Shown piece after piece: positions 1 to 13,033 of a stretch of 64,000 nucleotides of DNA. The notes beneath the pieces are model-generated. The model did no database searches and had not been told where the DNA came from. It saw only the letters and a program-made list of their open reading frames with translations. This DNA comes from Torpedo marmorata. Taxonomy: Eukaryota. The DNA is taken from positions 21,638,001 to 21,702,000 of the forward strand of contig OZ360245.1 of NCBI GenBank assembly GCA_977017645.1, in the 5' to 3' direction. The translations under genes were made by a program, and so were the position numbers. Position 1 is the first letter of the stretch. Each line of letters begins with the position of its first letter.

Positions 1-754
1 TTTGGCTTCACCTGAAGTTTGAATGGTGCAAATTGGTAGTTAAAAATTTGGAACAAATTCTGCAGGTTGGCATTACCTTGAATATAAATTTATCTGAAGG
101 TTGGTTTTTATCTTCTGTAACATAAAATAGAGAGCCAAAATAAAGATGGCTAAGTGATTCTTTACTCAGATCGATTTGGAGATGGGCTCTATCACTTAAG
201 AGATTTTTAATGCGAATTTATTGCACACAGGAAATAGTAATTTACAAAATTTGTGTAACCTCGTTATCAGAACTGTGCTTAGTGGGCAACGTGAGGGTTT
301 CACCGAGAAAATACTTTCAAATGTTTATGATCATTACTACAATTTTGTAAGTTTCCAAAATGAATAAAATTTCTACTTTCTTTCTTGATACCTGAGCTTA
401 ATTCTTTTTAAACTCTATTCCCGAAACAATGCAGGGATGTCTGTAACTACACTACTTACTCATTGTTTTTTTTTTGTGAGCACACAAGTCTAGGAAGTTC
501 TCAGTTTTTGTTGCCAAGTTGTTAACTGAGAGGGTTTGTTTTATTTTTCTTAGATTAGAAGAGGGAGCAGGTAGAAATTGACAAACTGAATTGAGTCTTT
601 GCAAGTATAACGCTAAGAAAGATGTGATTGAATAAACAGAATGCAGACCAATTAGACTGAGAACAGGTTGGAAAATTAATTGGTAACAGGGTATTTATTA
701 TTAGGTAGAATCATAGTATATTCAGTAAAGGGAATACAAATTGGAGGGCCAAAA

Positions 755-900
755 GGGCAGGCAGTAGAGCTGCTATCTCAGTGCCAGAGAGCAAGCTTCA
801 AACCTGACCTGAGTTTCATGTTCTCCTTGCAACTGCTCTGGTTTCTCCCCACTTCCCAAAGACGTGCATGTTGGCCACTGTAAATTGCTCACAGTGTGCG
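755..900 (+). mobile_element. Degenerate old SINE fragment
   Basis: Resembles the SINE body (gagctgct...cagtgccagag...ggtttctcccacttcccaaagacgtgc). Confidence 0.5.
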
Positions 901-904
901 TCGA

Positions 905-2785
905 TGACTGGCAGTACAAAAAATGCAAGAAAATACTTAAGAAGGAAATCAGGAAGGCAAAAAGAAGACATAAGGTAGCTTTGGCAGATAATGTGAAGGT
1001 AAACCCGAAGGGTTTCTACAAGTATATTAATAGTAAAAGGATAGTAAGGGACAAAATTCGTCCCCTAGAGGATGAGAGTGGTCAACTATGTGTGGAGCCT
1101 CAAGTAATGGCGGAGATCTTAAAAGTTTTTTTTGCATCAGTATTTACTCAGGAAACTGGCATAGTGCATAAGGAAGGAAGGGAAACAAACGGAGATTAAG
1201 GAGGTGTGTGCTTGCTGCCTTACAGTGAATAAAGGTAGATAAATCCCCCGTGCCGGATATGATAATCCCTCGGACTTTGAGGGAGACTAGTGTAGAAATT
1301 GCAGGGGCTCTGGCAGATATATTCAAAATGTCCTGAGCCAAGGGTGAGGTGCCAGAGGATTGGCAGGTAGTTCATGTTGTCCCGTTGTTTAAAAAAGGCT
1401 CCAAAAATAAACCAAGTAATTATAGGCCGGTGAGCCTGACGTCAGTAGTAGGTAAATTATTGGAAGGAGTTCTGAGAGATAGGATATATAGGTATTTAGA
1501 CAGCCATGGGCTGATTAAGGACAGTCAGCATGGCTTTGTGCGTGGTAGGTCATGTTTAACAAATCTTGTAGTTTTTCGAGGAGGTTACCAAGAAGGTAGA
1601 TGAAGGAAAGGCTGTGGATGTTGTCTACTTGGACTTTAGTAAAGCCTTTGTCAAGGTCCCACATGGGAGGTTAGTTCAAAAGGTTAAGACACTAGGAATC
1701 GATGGAGAGGTTGTAAACTGGATTTGAAATTGGCTGTGTGGGAGAAAACAGAGAGTGGTAGTTGATGGTTGCTTCTCAGACTGGAGGCCTGTGACTAGTG
1801 GTGTGCCTCAGGGATTTGTGTTGGGACCATTGTTGTTTGTTGTCTATAATCAATGATCTGGATGATAATGTGGTAAATTGGCTCAGCAAGTTTGCTGATG
1901 ACACAAAGATAGGAGGCATTGTGGACAGCGAGGAAGATTTTCAAAGCTTGCAGAGGGATCTGGACCAACTGGGAGAATGGGCCAAAAAAATGGCAGGTGG
2001 AGTTTAATGCAGACAAGTGTGAGGTGATGCATTTTGGAAGGGCAAACCAAGGTAGGACATACACAGTAAATGGTAGGGCACTGAGGAGCAAAGAGATCTG
2101 GGATTACAGATACATTGTTCCCTGAAGGTGGCGTCGCAGGTGGACAGGATTGTAAAGAAAGCTTTTGGCATCTTAGCCTTTATAAATCAAAGTATTGAGT
2201 ATAGGAGTTGGGATGTTATGTTGAAGTTGTTTAAGATATTGGTGAGGCCAAATTTGGAATATTGTGTGCAGTTCTGGTCGCCTAACTACAGGAAGAATAT
2301 CAATAAGATTGAAAGAGTGCAGAGAAGATTTACAAGGATGTTGCCGGGTCTTCAAGAGTTGAGTTACAGGGAAAGATTAAACAGGTTAGGACTTTATTCC
2401 TTGGAGCAAAGAAGAATGAGGGGAGATTTGATAGAGGTTTACAAGATTATGAGAGGTATAGACAGAGTGGATGCGAGTAGGCTTTTTCCACTTAGATTGG
2501 GGGAGATAAATACGAGGGGTCATAGTTTTAAGATGAAAGGGGAAAGGTTTAGGGGGAACATTAGAGGAAAGTGTTTCACTCAGAGAGTGGTGGGAGTGTG
2601 GAATGGGCTGCCATCTGATGTGAATGTGGGTTCGATCTTGAGTTTTAAAAATAGATTGGATAGATACATGGATGGGAGAGGTCTGGAGGGTTATGGAATG
2701 GGAGCAGGTCAGTGGGACTAGCGAAATAGTGGTCGGCACAGACTAGAAGGGCCAAATGGCCTGTTTTCTGTGCTGTAGTGTTTTA
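905..2785 (+). mobile_element. 5'-truncated CR1/HER1-like LINE, reverse transcriptase, frameshifted
   Basis: ORF pieces with NYRPVSLTSVVGKLLE, QHGFVRGRSCLTNL, KFADDTK and LVRPNLEYCVQFWSP. CR1-type 3' tail gggccaaatggcctgttttctgtgctgta. Confidence 0.92.
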
Positions 2786-2912
2786 ACTTGGGACATGGGG
2801 TTAGTAAAGTAGCACTGAGGTAAAAGATCATCCATGATGTTGCTGAGTAGCAGAGTGAGCCCAAAGCCGAATGGCCTACTCCTGTTTCTATCTCTTACGC
2901 ATTTATATCTGG

Positions 2913-3144
2913 CAGCCATTCTCAACAGGGGCCCTCTGCCGCCCCCTCCCCCCCCACAGGGCCACAGTACATTTAAGTAAAAGCCTTGTTTTCACCTGGC
3001 GTAACATAATTTTTTTTTATGTTGTCGGCAGGAGAGAAGTACGGAAGAAACCAACTAAACGACTGCTTCACAGGGAAGGTGTTCCATTAATTGAGCAGAG
3101 TCCGGTGGGGGGGGGGGGGCATAGCCGAAGGTTGAGATTAGCTG
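2913..3144. mobile_element. hAT-type MITE, copy 1
   Basis: TIRs CAGCCATTCTCAAC / GTTGAGATTAGCTG. The interior is homologous to 48896-49139. Confidence 0.75.
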
Positions 3145-3980
3145 TGCTAGAGCATGAAAGATGAGATGGGACTCAGAATGAGCAAGTTGGATTGTGTTAG
3201 ATAGCCAGCCACAAATGAAATCTGGTATAAACTAGTCACTCATAAATGCACAGATGCATCATTTCTATTGCTGGACTGGTTATCTGTTCAAATACCTGTA
3301 AAAAGCCTCAGTATGAAAGAGAATTACTGTCTGATAATTTGATCAGAACGATCTGATGTGGAGTTGAAACATAAATTTAATCAAGAATAATGTTCTTTGA
3401 TGTTAGACAACTTAAATGCAGCTGTACTCAGACAGGGACTAGCAGTTTTACTTTTGAAAAGGGTGCCGTGATTCAGAGCTGGGTCACATGTTACAAATAC
3501 ATCAAAAGGCAACTGGAAACAAGCCACACATTGCTCCACCGTCCAAAGCACATTCAATCAGGGGAATATCACATGGTCCAATTCCTTGTACCTATTTTAT
3601 AATCCTTAAGCTTTCCCATTTCATATCTTCTTACTACACATGAAGCCATTTGGCCCATTGTATTTCTGCCAGCTCTCAGAGCAATCCCATTTAGTCAATT
3701 ATTTCCCTGTAAACAGGGTAGCTGGAAGGATTAAATCACAGACATTAATCAACTGAATGAACAAAACTTCTACAAGGAGCGCTGACAGTCTCTTCCTACC
3801 GTTTCTCTCATCCAAACCATTCCATGTGACTTGATCTTGTCAACATCACTTGCCTTTTCCCACTTTTTAAAATCGACCTTTATGAATGTTTCTATTTCTC
3901 ATATTTCCTTTTACCCTCAAGAAATTAGGAGGGGCCATGAAATATGCTGGACAAGATTAAGGAAAACCCCCACGATATAA

Positions 3981-4200
3981 CGGCACGGTTAGCGTAGCGG
4001 TTAGCACAACGCTGTTACAGTGCCAGCGATTGGGACCGGGGTTTGATTCCCGCGCTGTCTGTACAGAGTTGTATGTTATCCCCATGTCTGTGTGGGTTTC
4101 CTCCCACCGTTCAAAATGTACCAGGGGGGGTAGGTCAATTGGGCGTCACGGGCCGGAAGGGCCTGTTTCCGTGCTGCAAGTCTAAATTTAAAATTAAATA
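3981..4200 (+). mobile_element. tRNA-derived SINE (HE1-like)
   Basis: A-box-like ggttagcgtagcggtta, B-box-like ggtttgattccc, and a CR1-like tail gggccggaagggcctgtttccgtgctg. The family has many copies in the window. Confidence 0.85.
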
Positions 4201-5290
4201 AAAAAGTTTAACAGGAGTAAGAGGGTAGCCATGGGGAGAGTGGGTCCCCTCAGGGGTCAAATGTGTGGAACCAGGCGACGTGGGTGAGGTCCTTAATTAA
4301 CAAGTATTCAACTTTTAAAAAATGAAGATGCTACAAATCTGAATTAAAACAGAAAAAGTTGGAAATACTTCGCAGATCAAGCCATATATCTAGAGGGAGA
4401 GGGAGATAAAATGTAAGAGTTGCAAAATGCAGAGCAGGAAACGTACTCAGCTGGTTTGCCATATCAACTCCCAGAATAAAAGGGGGATAAATTTAAGAAA
4501 TTAGCTGGTGGATTGATGAAGACCTTTAATCCGATGTTTGTTTGGGCAAGGAAATTAGTGGGTTTTTTTTGCTGAGGATCCATTCAAGAACACAACTGCA
4601 ATTCAGACCTGACCATACAATTGATTGTGAGAACGTAGGAGGCTTACAAAAATAGAAAGGTAGAGAATTTGCATTGCTTTAATACATCTTCTCGAAACAA
4701 GTTTTGGTCTGGGGATTGCTGTCAGTGGTGTTGTTCCTGCTGTTATCTTTGAAAATGCCACTTCTCTGCCTATTTCACTGAAAAACTACGTAGAATGCTG
4801 AAAATAGTCTAAATTGTAGATATGAACAGAATTCACCACAGAAAGTCATCTTCCCCCATAAACAATCTACCAGCTCAGTCAGTAATATCAACCATGTACA
4901 CCCACTCCTACGTTTTTATGGACTAAAATCTCCACAAACTATATTTCAGTTTACATTTATCATATGCCAATTCACACAGCTGACAACTGTGTCCAGAAAA
5001 TAGCAAAAGCAGAATGTGCATGGCAGTTGCTATGCAACAGCAAATTTTGTTTTTTTTCCATTCTTGTGTTGACAATGAATATTAAAACTTCCCTTTGATC
5101 CGAATAATTTTAAGCAGCACATTTAATTTTGCCTGTACCGTTATATTTCTGATTTTACAATGTATGTGCCATTTCTGAATAACATTCTTTTTGATTCAAG
5201 CTTGCATCATTTTACTTCAAGTTATTGAGGGTTCAATGAATATAAACCATATCAACATTCTAAAATTCATGCACACTGGATTGAAACTAG

Positions 5291-5628
5291 TGTAGCGGCC
5301 CACAAGCCGATCGGCGACCCACGACACAAAATGGCGATCGAACGCGGCGATCGCACCAGGGCCATGGACTAAATGGCCTTCTTACAGTAGTTCCAGCTCC
5401 GGCGGGAAAATTGACCAATCAGCGACCGGCCCATGATGTCATCCCCACTGGCGGGAAAACCGACCAATCAGCGGCCGGCCTGTGATGTCATTTTCACCGG
5501 AAGGGGCGGGTTTCTCTGGATCGCTGGCCCTATATAAGGCAGAGCCAGAGCCATAATAAATTAGTCTTGTTTGAGCTTACCTCGTGTGTAGTGGTGTTTC
5601 TTCGACGCAGCAGCCGCTGCGCGCTACA
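5291..5628 (+). mobile_element. Solo LTR (Gypsy-like)
   Basis: Inverted termini TGTAGCG...CGCTACA, 4-bp TSD CTAG, TATA at 5531 and AATAAA at 5555; CpG-rich. Confidence 0.88.
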
Positions 5629-5859
5629 CTAGCATATTTAAAAATGCTCCAGAAAAGTGATATGTAAAAACATTACAGCATAGGATCAAATGCTTATGTA
5701 TATCTTTCTTTAGAAGCTCCTTGAGTATTCAAAGACAAGTTTAATTCCAACAAGAAAAATGTAGTAAAGTTAATATTTTGATAAGGGCATGTTACTTATG
5801 CATTTTGGTAAATAAATACAAACCCAACATACAAATTCAATTCAAATGGACAATCAAAT

Positions 5860-8800
5860 AGCACTTCAAAATCTAATTTTTTGGTTTATTTTTAAGGCAT
5901 TTAATCAACGAAAAATTGATCTGAAATGATAAATTAACGGTCAATATTTTTTCTCAATATAATTACTCAGATGAATGGAAGATGTATACAATAATTAGTA
6001 TACGTTGTTTAGTATTTCTTTATATTCCATACTTAATTGCATTTTCTTTGACTATTCCAAAATAAGAATTGAATGTAGAGCAAACATTGTGCATAACTGC
6101 ATGTATTTATTTCAATACAAATGTACAATAGATGAGTTTACAAGGAAGCTCACCACCACCACATTTCCACTACCATCTACAATAGAGTGCATTTCTAAAT
6201 GGCATTAGTTACAATTAGCATTCATTGCACAAAAGAAACAGTAAGCAGGTCAGTGACTATCATTGTTAAATATAACTTTTAGCACTCAATTGTCCAAAAG
6301 TGCATGCTTAACACCAATTGTTTGAGATATCAGACATTTGGATTATTTTTAATAAAAACATTTGTACCACACATTCGGGGTTAGTAGTGGAACATAAAAC
6401 AATTACAAGGCTGGATCCAAGAGGTATCCCTTCAGAAGGCATTCTAAAACTGTGTGAAATGTAGCTTATAAACATCGGAATCTGGAGGATTGGATAGAAA
6501 CGACCCACCCAGAGTACTCTTTTATAATATATACAGCATATTTGTAAATATAAAATTAACATTTCAAACTGCTATTGGTTGAGTTCTAGTGCCTCAGAGA
6601 TGTGTTGTAATGTTCAAAGTAGGCATCACTCCCCTCTATGATGTTCCTGTTGTATTAAAACAGATTACTTTTACAAGATAATTTTAAAATTCTACATTTC
6701 GGCATTCATGTGCTTCTTAGCATTCCCAGGATGTAGCCTAACTTGTAGTGTGTGGATGGATGATAAACATCAGAGAAGCACACGCCCTTCAAGTGGATTC
6801 TGATATCACAATCAATGGCCTCCTACAAACATCCTTTTTGACAAACTGGCAATTACTGTTTTGAGGAATTCTGTTACTTTTGTTGTAATTTCCATTTTCT
6901 TATATTTAAAAAAAAATTCTAAAATCTCTTTGTTCGCGGAATACAGACACCAAATTTAATTTGCATTCATTCCTCTCTCTATTTCTCACCACCCAAAAGG
7001 TCAAAAGTTACTAAATGTTGGGATTTCCAAGACAGCAATAAAGTGGAGGAGCTCAGCTAATTCAAAACTGTGTTGGTAGGTTAGCAGCTACTACCCAAGA
7101 TTACAGAAATCACAATAATGCCTTTGGTGCCCTTGTTTTACCATATATGGACATTCATTGTGAAAATTCCTGGTGACATAAATGGAGATGCCTTGAATTG
7201 ACAAATATATAAAAATGCGTTTCTCATTGAGAAAGGGAGGAGATTATTACAGTGCATGTAATCCTAGTTTTACATGCGCAGTTATTCACATTTAAAAACA
7301 GCTGATTCCACACACCACTACAAGCAGTGTTAAAGAGGCCAAAAGGAAATAAATCCATGACATCTATCACATTTTGAATAGAGATACTTAATTTCTTCCT
7401 GGTTCATGTGACTATTATTTAGAACTGATTTTTAAAATAAAAAAATGTAAAAATTGAATGAATGAGTTTGCAGTTTTGGCCCAAGTATTGATTCACCATG
7501 TTGGCCTGTTCGCTAAATTACCCTACGCTGTAAAGAACACTATGAACATACTGCTTGCTTGGTGCTCCAATATGACACAGGAGAAAATCAAATAAATCCA
7601 TGGTATGCAGAAGGCACTTTACTTATTCTCACCTTTAAAAGTCACAGCAGTTAAGAGCCTCAGTCTGACATGTTTTGTAACCAGGGGAGGTGCAATTTTT
7701 GCAACAATGGACGCAATAGTGTATGGTGCTTGCAAATTACATACAATTTTGATCACAAATGTTCAATGTCCATTGGATAATTGCTTCCCAAAGTTCATTT
7801 AAAAAACAAAATTAGTTAAGGCATTCTAATTGCTAATGTTCCAGAAGAAAATCTACAACTTATATTAACATTTCCTGACTTTTGTAAACAAGACTTGATA
7901 CTTGCAGAATCAAAGGAAAACAATCTGGAGTGAAGGCAATGCAGAATAAAATCACTTGACAACAGGATGTTTGCATTAATAAAGAATCTGAGTTGGGCAG
8001 GAGTGAGTAGTAATCATGAACATCATACCATATCAAATTATCTGATCTTTATCCTTCCTGTTTGTAAGGATCCCAGCAGCAGCTATCTCATAAAATAACA
8101 AGGTTGTTGCAACAAGATGAATCATGCTATTACATCATTCAATACCTTCTCGCTTTTCTGAGCCAATCTTGATAAATGTTCCAGGATACAATCCAAATCT
8201 AACAGCAGTGTCAAGTTACAAGATATTTGAGACAGTTCCAAAGAAGATCAACTGCCCATGGACTGCATGGCCAGTCTGCAGCATGCCCTGAATCAGCCTT
8301 TAATTCTGCATCTTTCTCACCCAAACATTAGTTTCACAATCTACATAAATAGTCATTAAATGTTAGCACATTTTTAGTACCAAACCTTCCTAAAATACTC
8401 AAAGCCAGAGGATTGATCAAGTGAACATAAAAGGATTGGCAATACTTCCATGCTCAATCAACATATGACTTTACGTAGGATCCTTCACCCAAGCTGAATT
8501 CATCCACTGATTCATGCTCGTGTCACTAATGCAGTGGTTTTACTTACCCTGGTTACATAATTATTACAGAGTGAAGAAAATTTCTAGCATTTAACATAGT
8601 GAAATGACACACATTCACTAATGTGCTTTTACGTTCTAAATTAGCACCCCAAATACAGAATGCCTCAGACTTCAATTAGGCTAGTTTAAAAAACTGTCCA
8701 AGTGTGCGTACAAGAATCTTGCTTATCCAAGCTTCTTCCAAGTTATAAACTGATAAAAGTCCTTTTCTAATTACCATTCCTTTTTAATTAATTTAGTTTC

Positions 8801-11800
8801 AGACATTTGAACTTGCAATTCTGGCATCCCAATTTAATTTTCAAATTGTTAATTTCAAGTGGAGAAACTTTATCAAAACTACTTAATTTGTTAATTGGAT
8901 TTGGATAACAAAACAAAGACAATATTTTGCACAGAATTTTCTGATCGATAATTTTTCCAAAGCCCCACGTCTTTGAAAGAAAAAAAGATTAGGTTACATC
9001 AGTTCACAAATTTGAACTTCCTATTTCAAATTAAATCTTCTAGTTTTCCTTTCAATGAACAGCATTAAATGTCCAGTCAATGCCCAAATGCTGCAGATAG
9101 TGTTCTTTTCAATGTAAATGTTTTCATAAATAAAAATGGATAAATGGATCATAATTCTTACTCTTAATTAAGAATTTACATTAAAAAAAATCAGACTTTA
9201 GTATTGCATGGTAATATCCGATCGCTCAACTCACTCCAATAGAATTTACCTTCAACATGCTGGCAATTCATTGCTACTACCTTTTGTGCCTCTGGGCAAT
9301 GAAGTCACACATCCGAATATTACCATACTCATCAATTACTGCAAGATGGCACAAGAAAATACTCTCCAAATTTAGTATCAAAAGCTTAGTGTTCAGACTT
9401 TTAAACAATGAAGAACTTTCAGTACAATTGATTGTTATGGTCAATTAACTTTTTGAGCCATTGTACAGTAATTAATTTAGTAAACTATCACTTAATTTAC
9501 ACTCTATTCATGCTCTTTGGAGTGGTCAAAGCAAACTAGTGCCACTAAGCAAAGAGTGGAAACTCACTACTTACAGGGTACAATTGTTCAACAAGATTCA
9601 ATTGTTGTAAGGCATACAATGCACAAAAATGCAATGGGTACTGATGGTTGCCAGTTACAGGTTCACAGTAGTCTATACAAGGCACCCCACTACTAATACT
9701 TCAGGCAGTTTTTAAGAGCATCCACTGTTCTTCAGCTTCCAGGTGATGGAAAAATAAAGCAGCAAGTAACCCATAGGTCATGTTGAACTCAGATGGACTC
9801 CAACAAGAACTGTCATAGTAGGGGATTTTAATTTTTCAAATATTGACTGGGAAAGTCATAGTACGCAAGGTTTAGACGGGGTGGAATTTGTCACATGTAT
9901 TCAGGAAAATTTCCTCTGGCAATATGTAGAGGGTCCCACAAAGAAAAAGGCAATGCTTGATCCAGTCTTAGGAAATTGGGAAGGACAAGTGGATGAAGTG
10001 TTCATAGAGGAGCATTTGAGGACCAATGATCATTGTTCTGATAGGTTTAGGATAGTTATGGAGAGACGCAGGATAGGACCAAGAGTTAAAATTCAGAATT
10101 GGGACAAGGCCAATTTTGAAGATACAAGACAAAAACGAGTTTAAGTTGATTGGAACAGGTTGTTTGAAGGTATAGGAATATTATGAAAATGGGCTGTTTT
10201 TAAAAATGCATTGACAAGAATCCAGGACATACATGTTCCTGTTCGAGGGTCAGACATGCAAGCGTAGGGAAGCTTTGATGACGAGGGAAATTCAGGCTCT
10301 GGTCAAGAGCAAGGAGGCATGGGTAGGTATAAGCAGCTGGGATCAAGTATGTACCTGGAGGAGTTTCAGGCATGGAAAAAGAAAATCAGGAGGGCAAAAA
10401 GGGGAAAGGAGATAGCTCTGATAGATAACATTAAGGATAATACCAAGAGATTTTATATATATGTAAAGGGAAAAAGGGCCACCGGAGAAAAAAAAATGGG
10501 ACCCTTCAGGAATCAATGCGGTCAACTCTGTGTGGAGCAACAGGAGATGGGCATGGACATCAATGAGTACTTCTGTTTTTACTGTGGAGAAGACATGAGG
10601 ACTGGGAACTTGGGGCAGTCAATGGTCGTGTCTTGAGAACAGTCAGTATTACAGTTGAGGAGATGTTGAAGGTAGTCAAATCTCCAGGGCCTGCCTGATC
10701 AGATATATCCGAGGACGCTGCGGGTAGCTAGAGAGGAAATTGCAGGTTCCCTGAATGAGATTTTTTAGTCGTTATTAAATACAGGTGAGGTGCCAGGTGG
10801 CAAATGTTGTGCTTCTATTTAAGAAAGGCTACAGGGAAAAGCCTGAAAACTACAGGCCAGTGAGCCTAACGCATGTGGTTGGAAAGTTACTAGAGTATTC
10901 TGAGGGAGATGTACATGCACTTGAATGGTCAAAGGCTGATTAGGGATAGTCATCACAATTGTGTAAGTGGGAGGTCATGTCTCACAAATCTGATTGTGTT
11001 TTTATTGAAGATGTGATCAAGGTTGACGAGAGCAGAAGTGTGTCTCTGTCTGTGTGTGTGTCTTGATATCAGCAAGGCATTCCATAAAGGTTCCGCACAT
11101 AGGCTGCTCCGGAAGGTGAGATCGCATGGGATTCAAGATGAGATAGCAGATTGAATAGAAAATTGGCTGTATGGAAGAAAGCAGAGGGTGATGGTGGAAG
11201 GATGCTTTTCGGACTGGAGGTCTGTGACTAGTGGGGTGCCACAGGGTTCAGTGCTGGGCCCTCTGCTGTTTGTCATCTATATCAATGATTTAGATGAAAA
11301 CTTACATGATATGATTAGCAAGTTTGCGGGTGATACTGAAGTGTCTGGTATTGTGAAGACTGTTGTCAAAATTGCAGCAGGATCTTGATTGGTTGGGTAA
11401 CTGGGAAGAAGAATGGTTGGTGTGATTTTGTAGAGAAATGTGAAGTGTTGCATTTTGGGAGGTCTAACATGGGTGTGACCAATACAGTGAATGGTAGGGA
11501 TCTGGGGAGTGTAATAGAGCAGAGGGATACATAGTACCTTGAAAGTGGCATCACAGGTACATAACGTGGTCAAAAAGGCTTTTGGCACATTGCCTTCATT
11601 AGTTACAGCATTGAGTATAGAAGTTGGGAGGTCATGTTACAATTGTATAAAACGTTGGTGAGGCCCCATTTGGAGTATTATGTTCAGTTTTGGTCACTGT
11701 GCTGTAGGAAAGATGATATCAAGTTAGAGAGGGTGCAGAGAATATTTACGAGGATGTTGCAAGGATTTGGGGGCCTGAGCTATAAGGAGAGGTTGAGCAG

Positions 11801-12694
11801 GCAATGGCTTTATTCCTTCGAGCGCAGGAGGATGAGGGGTGATCTCATAGCATCAATATCTATATGAAATCATGAGAGGTATAGATCGGGTGAACGCAGA
11901 GAGTCTTTTACCTGGAGTAGGGGAATTGGTAACCAGAGGATATAAGGTGAAGGGGGAGTGTACAGAACTGGGTGCTGGCGGTGACGGTTGATGCAGGTAC
12001 TTTTGCAAGATTTGAGAAATAATTGGACAGATACATAGTTAGGATAAGGTTGAGGGATATGGATCAAACGCAGGCAGGTGGAACTAGTATGGGTGGACAT
12101 TTTGGTTGGTATGGGCAAGTTGGGCCAAAGAGCCTGTTTCCATGCTGTACGACTCTATAACTTACAGAAATGTTCAAGGTATGGCTATATGCTTGAAACG
12201 ACTTGCTTGCAGATCTTTCATACAAGTCATTGGGGTGCAAGATGCCTTTGTTGCACTGAAAATTTACAGCGTAGTATCCACCAAAAATGTAGCACTGAGT
12301 ACTTATTCAAAACAACTTAACTGAGTGAAGAATTCCAGTGTAACATCACCTGATGGTCAAAAAAGTAAATATTTACATCTTGCCAAAACGTCAGAAGTTG
12401 AAGGCATTGGCCATCACTGCACTGCAACCTTTGCTTTGGCCAGTCATTGTATAGTGGTAGCAATTCTGGTTAACTATGACTGGTATTTTCTACCACAAAA
12501 CTGGGAAATTTAAACTTTCTAGAAGGTTTCTTCAATGTGAAAGCCAAAACAATCTATCACAGAGAAAAAAAAATCCACAGTATTTGAATCAGTATATGTA
12601 CAGGGATTTCAGTTTGCTTTTGAAGAAAGATGCATTTCTTTAGTCTCCCAAATGTACTCCAAAAAATCCGGAATGTGATTGAAGTGCTTTACCG
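5860..12694 (-). other. GIT1: Putative long GIT1 3' UTR ending at a poly(A) signal near 5885-5890
   Basis: AATAAA on the minus strand at 5885-5890, followed by a GU-rich tract (TTTGTATGTTGGGTTTGT). The sequence is AT-rich and repeat-poor over 5.9-9.7 kb, with Pumilio motifs at 12595-12602 and 6528-6535. The true end is unverified. Confidence 0.4.
9795..12160 (+). mobile_element. Degenerate CR1 LINE (end of endonuclease plus RT)
   Basis: Motifs [33 protein letters not shown] and LVRPHLEY; multiple frameshifts; CR1 3' tail. Confidence 0.9.
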
Positions 12695-12907
12695 TCATTG
12701 CTTTTTTTCACGGGTCGTTATGGTAACCAGTTGCTTGGCTGCCTTGGCAATGTCATAGGCACACTGGATGACTTGTTGTGTGAGCAACTGAATGTCAACT
12801 GGTGCACCCGGCTCTGGTGGAATAGTTTTCCTGCATTCACACTGCAGTCGGAAGGCACTAGCATTTAGCAATTTCAAAGATGACCGAACTGTATCCAGTG
12901 AAGGTTT
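12695..12907 (-). CDS. GIT1: GIT1 last coding exon: KPSLDTVRSSLKLLNASAFRLQCECRKTIPPEPGAPVDIQLLTQQVIQCAYDIAKAAKQLVTITTREKKQ*
   Basis: The C-terminus ...VTITTREKKQ is diagnostic of GIT1 (GIT2 ends differently). Acceptor cag; TGA at 12695-12697. Confidence 0.97.
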   Translation of the reverse strand, partial: KPSLDTVRSSLKLLNASAFRLQCECRKTIPPEPGAPVDIQLLTQQVIQCAYDIAKAAKQLVTITTREKKQ

Positions 12908-13033
12908 CTGATTATTAAAAAAAATTAATAAGGGAGAACATCAACAGAAGCTTGAGATCTTACAGACAACAACAACAGCACAGAAATTTCTTTACTGAAC
13001 CAGAATAAGTGACTTGCCTTTACACTTAAGCTA

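Noticed and set aside
3981-4060. tRNA genes at SINE heads
   Set aside because: The A/B-box-like sequences continue into the SINE body and tail in many copies, and no complete cloverleaf is apparent.
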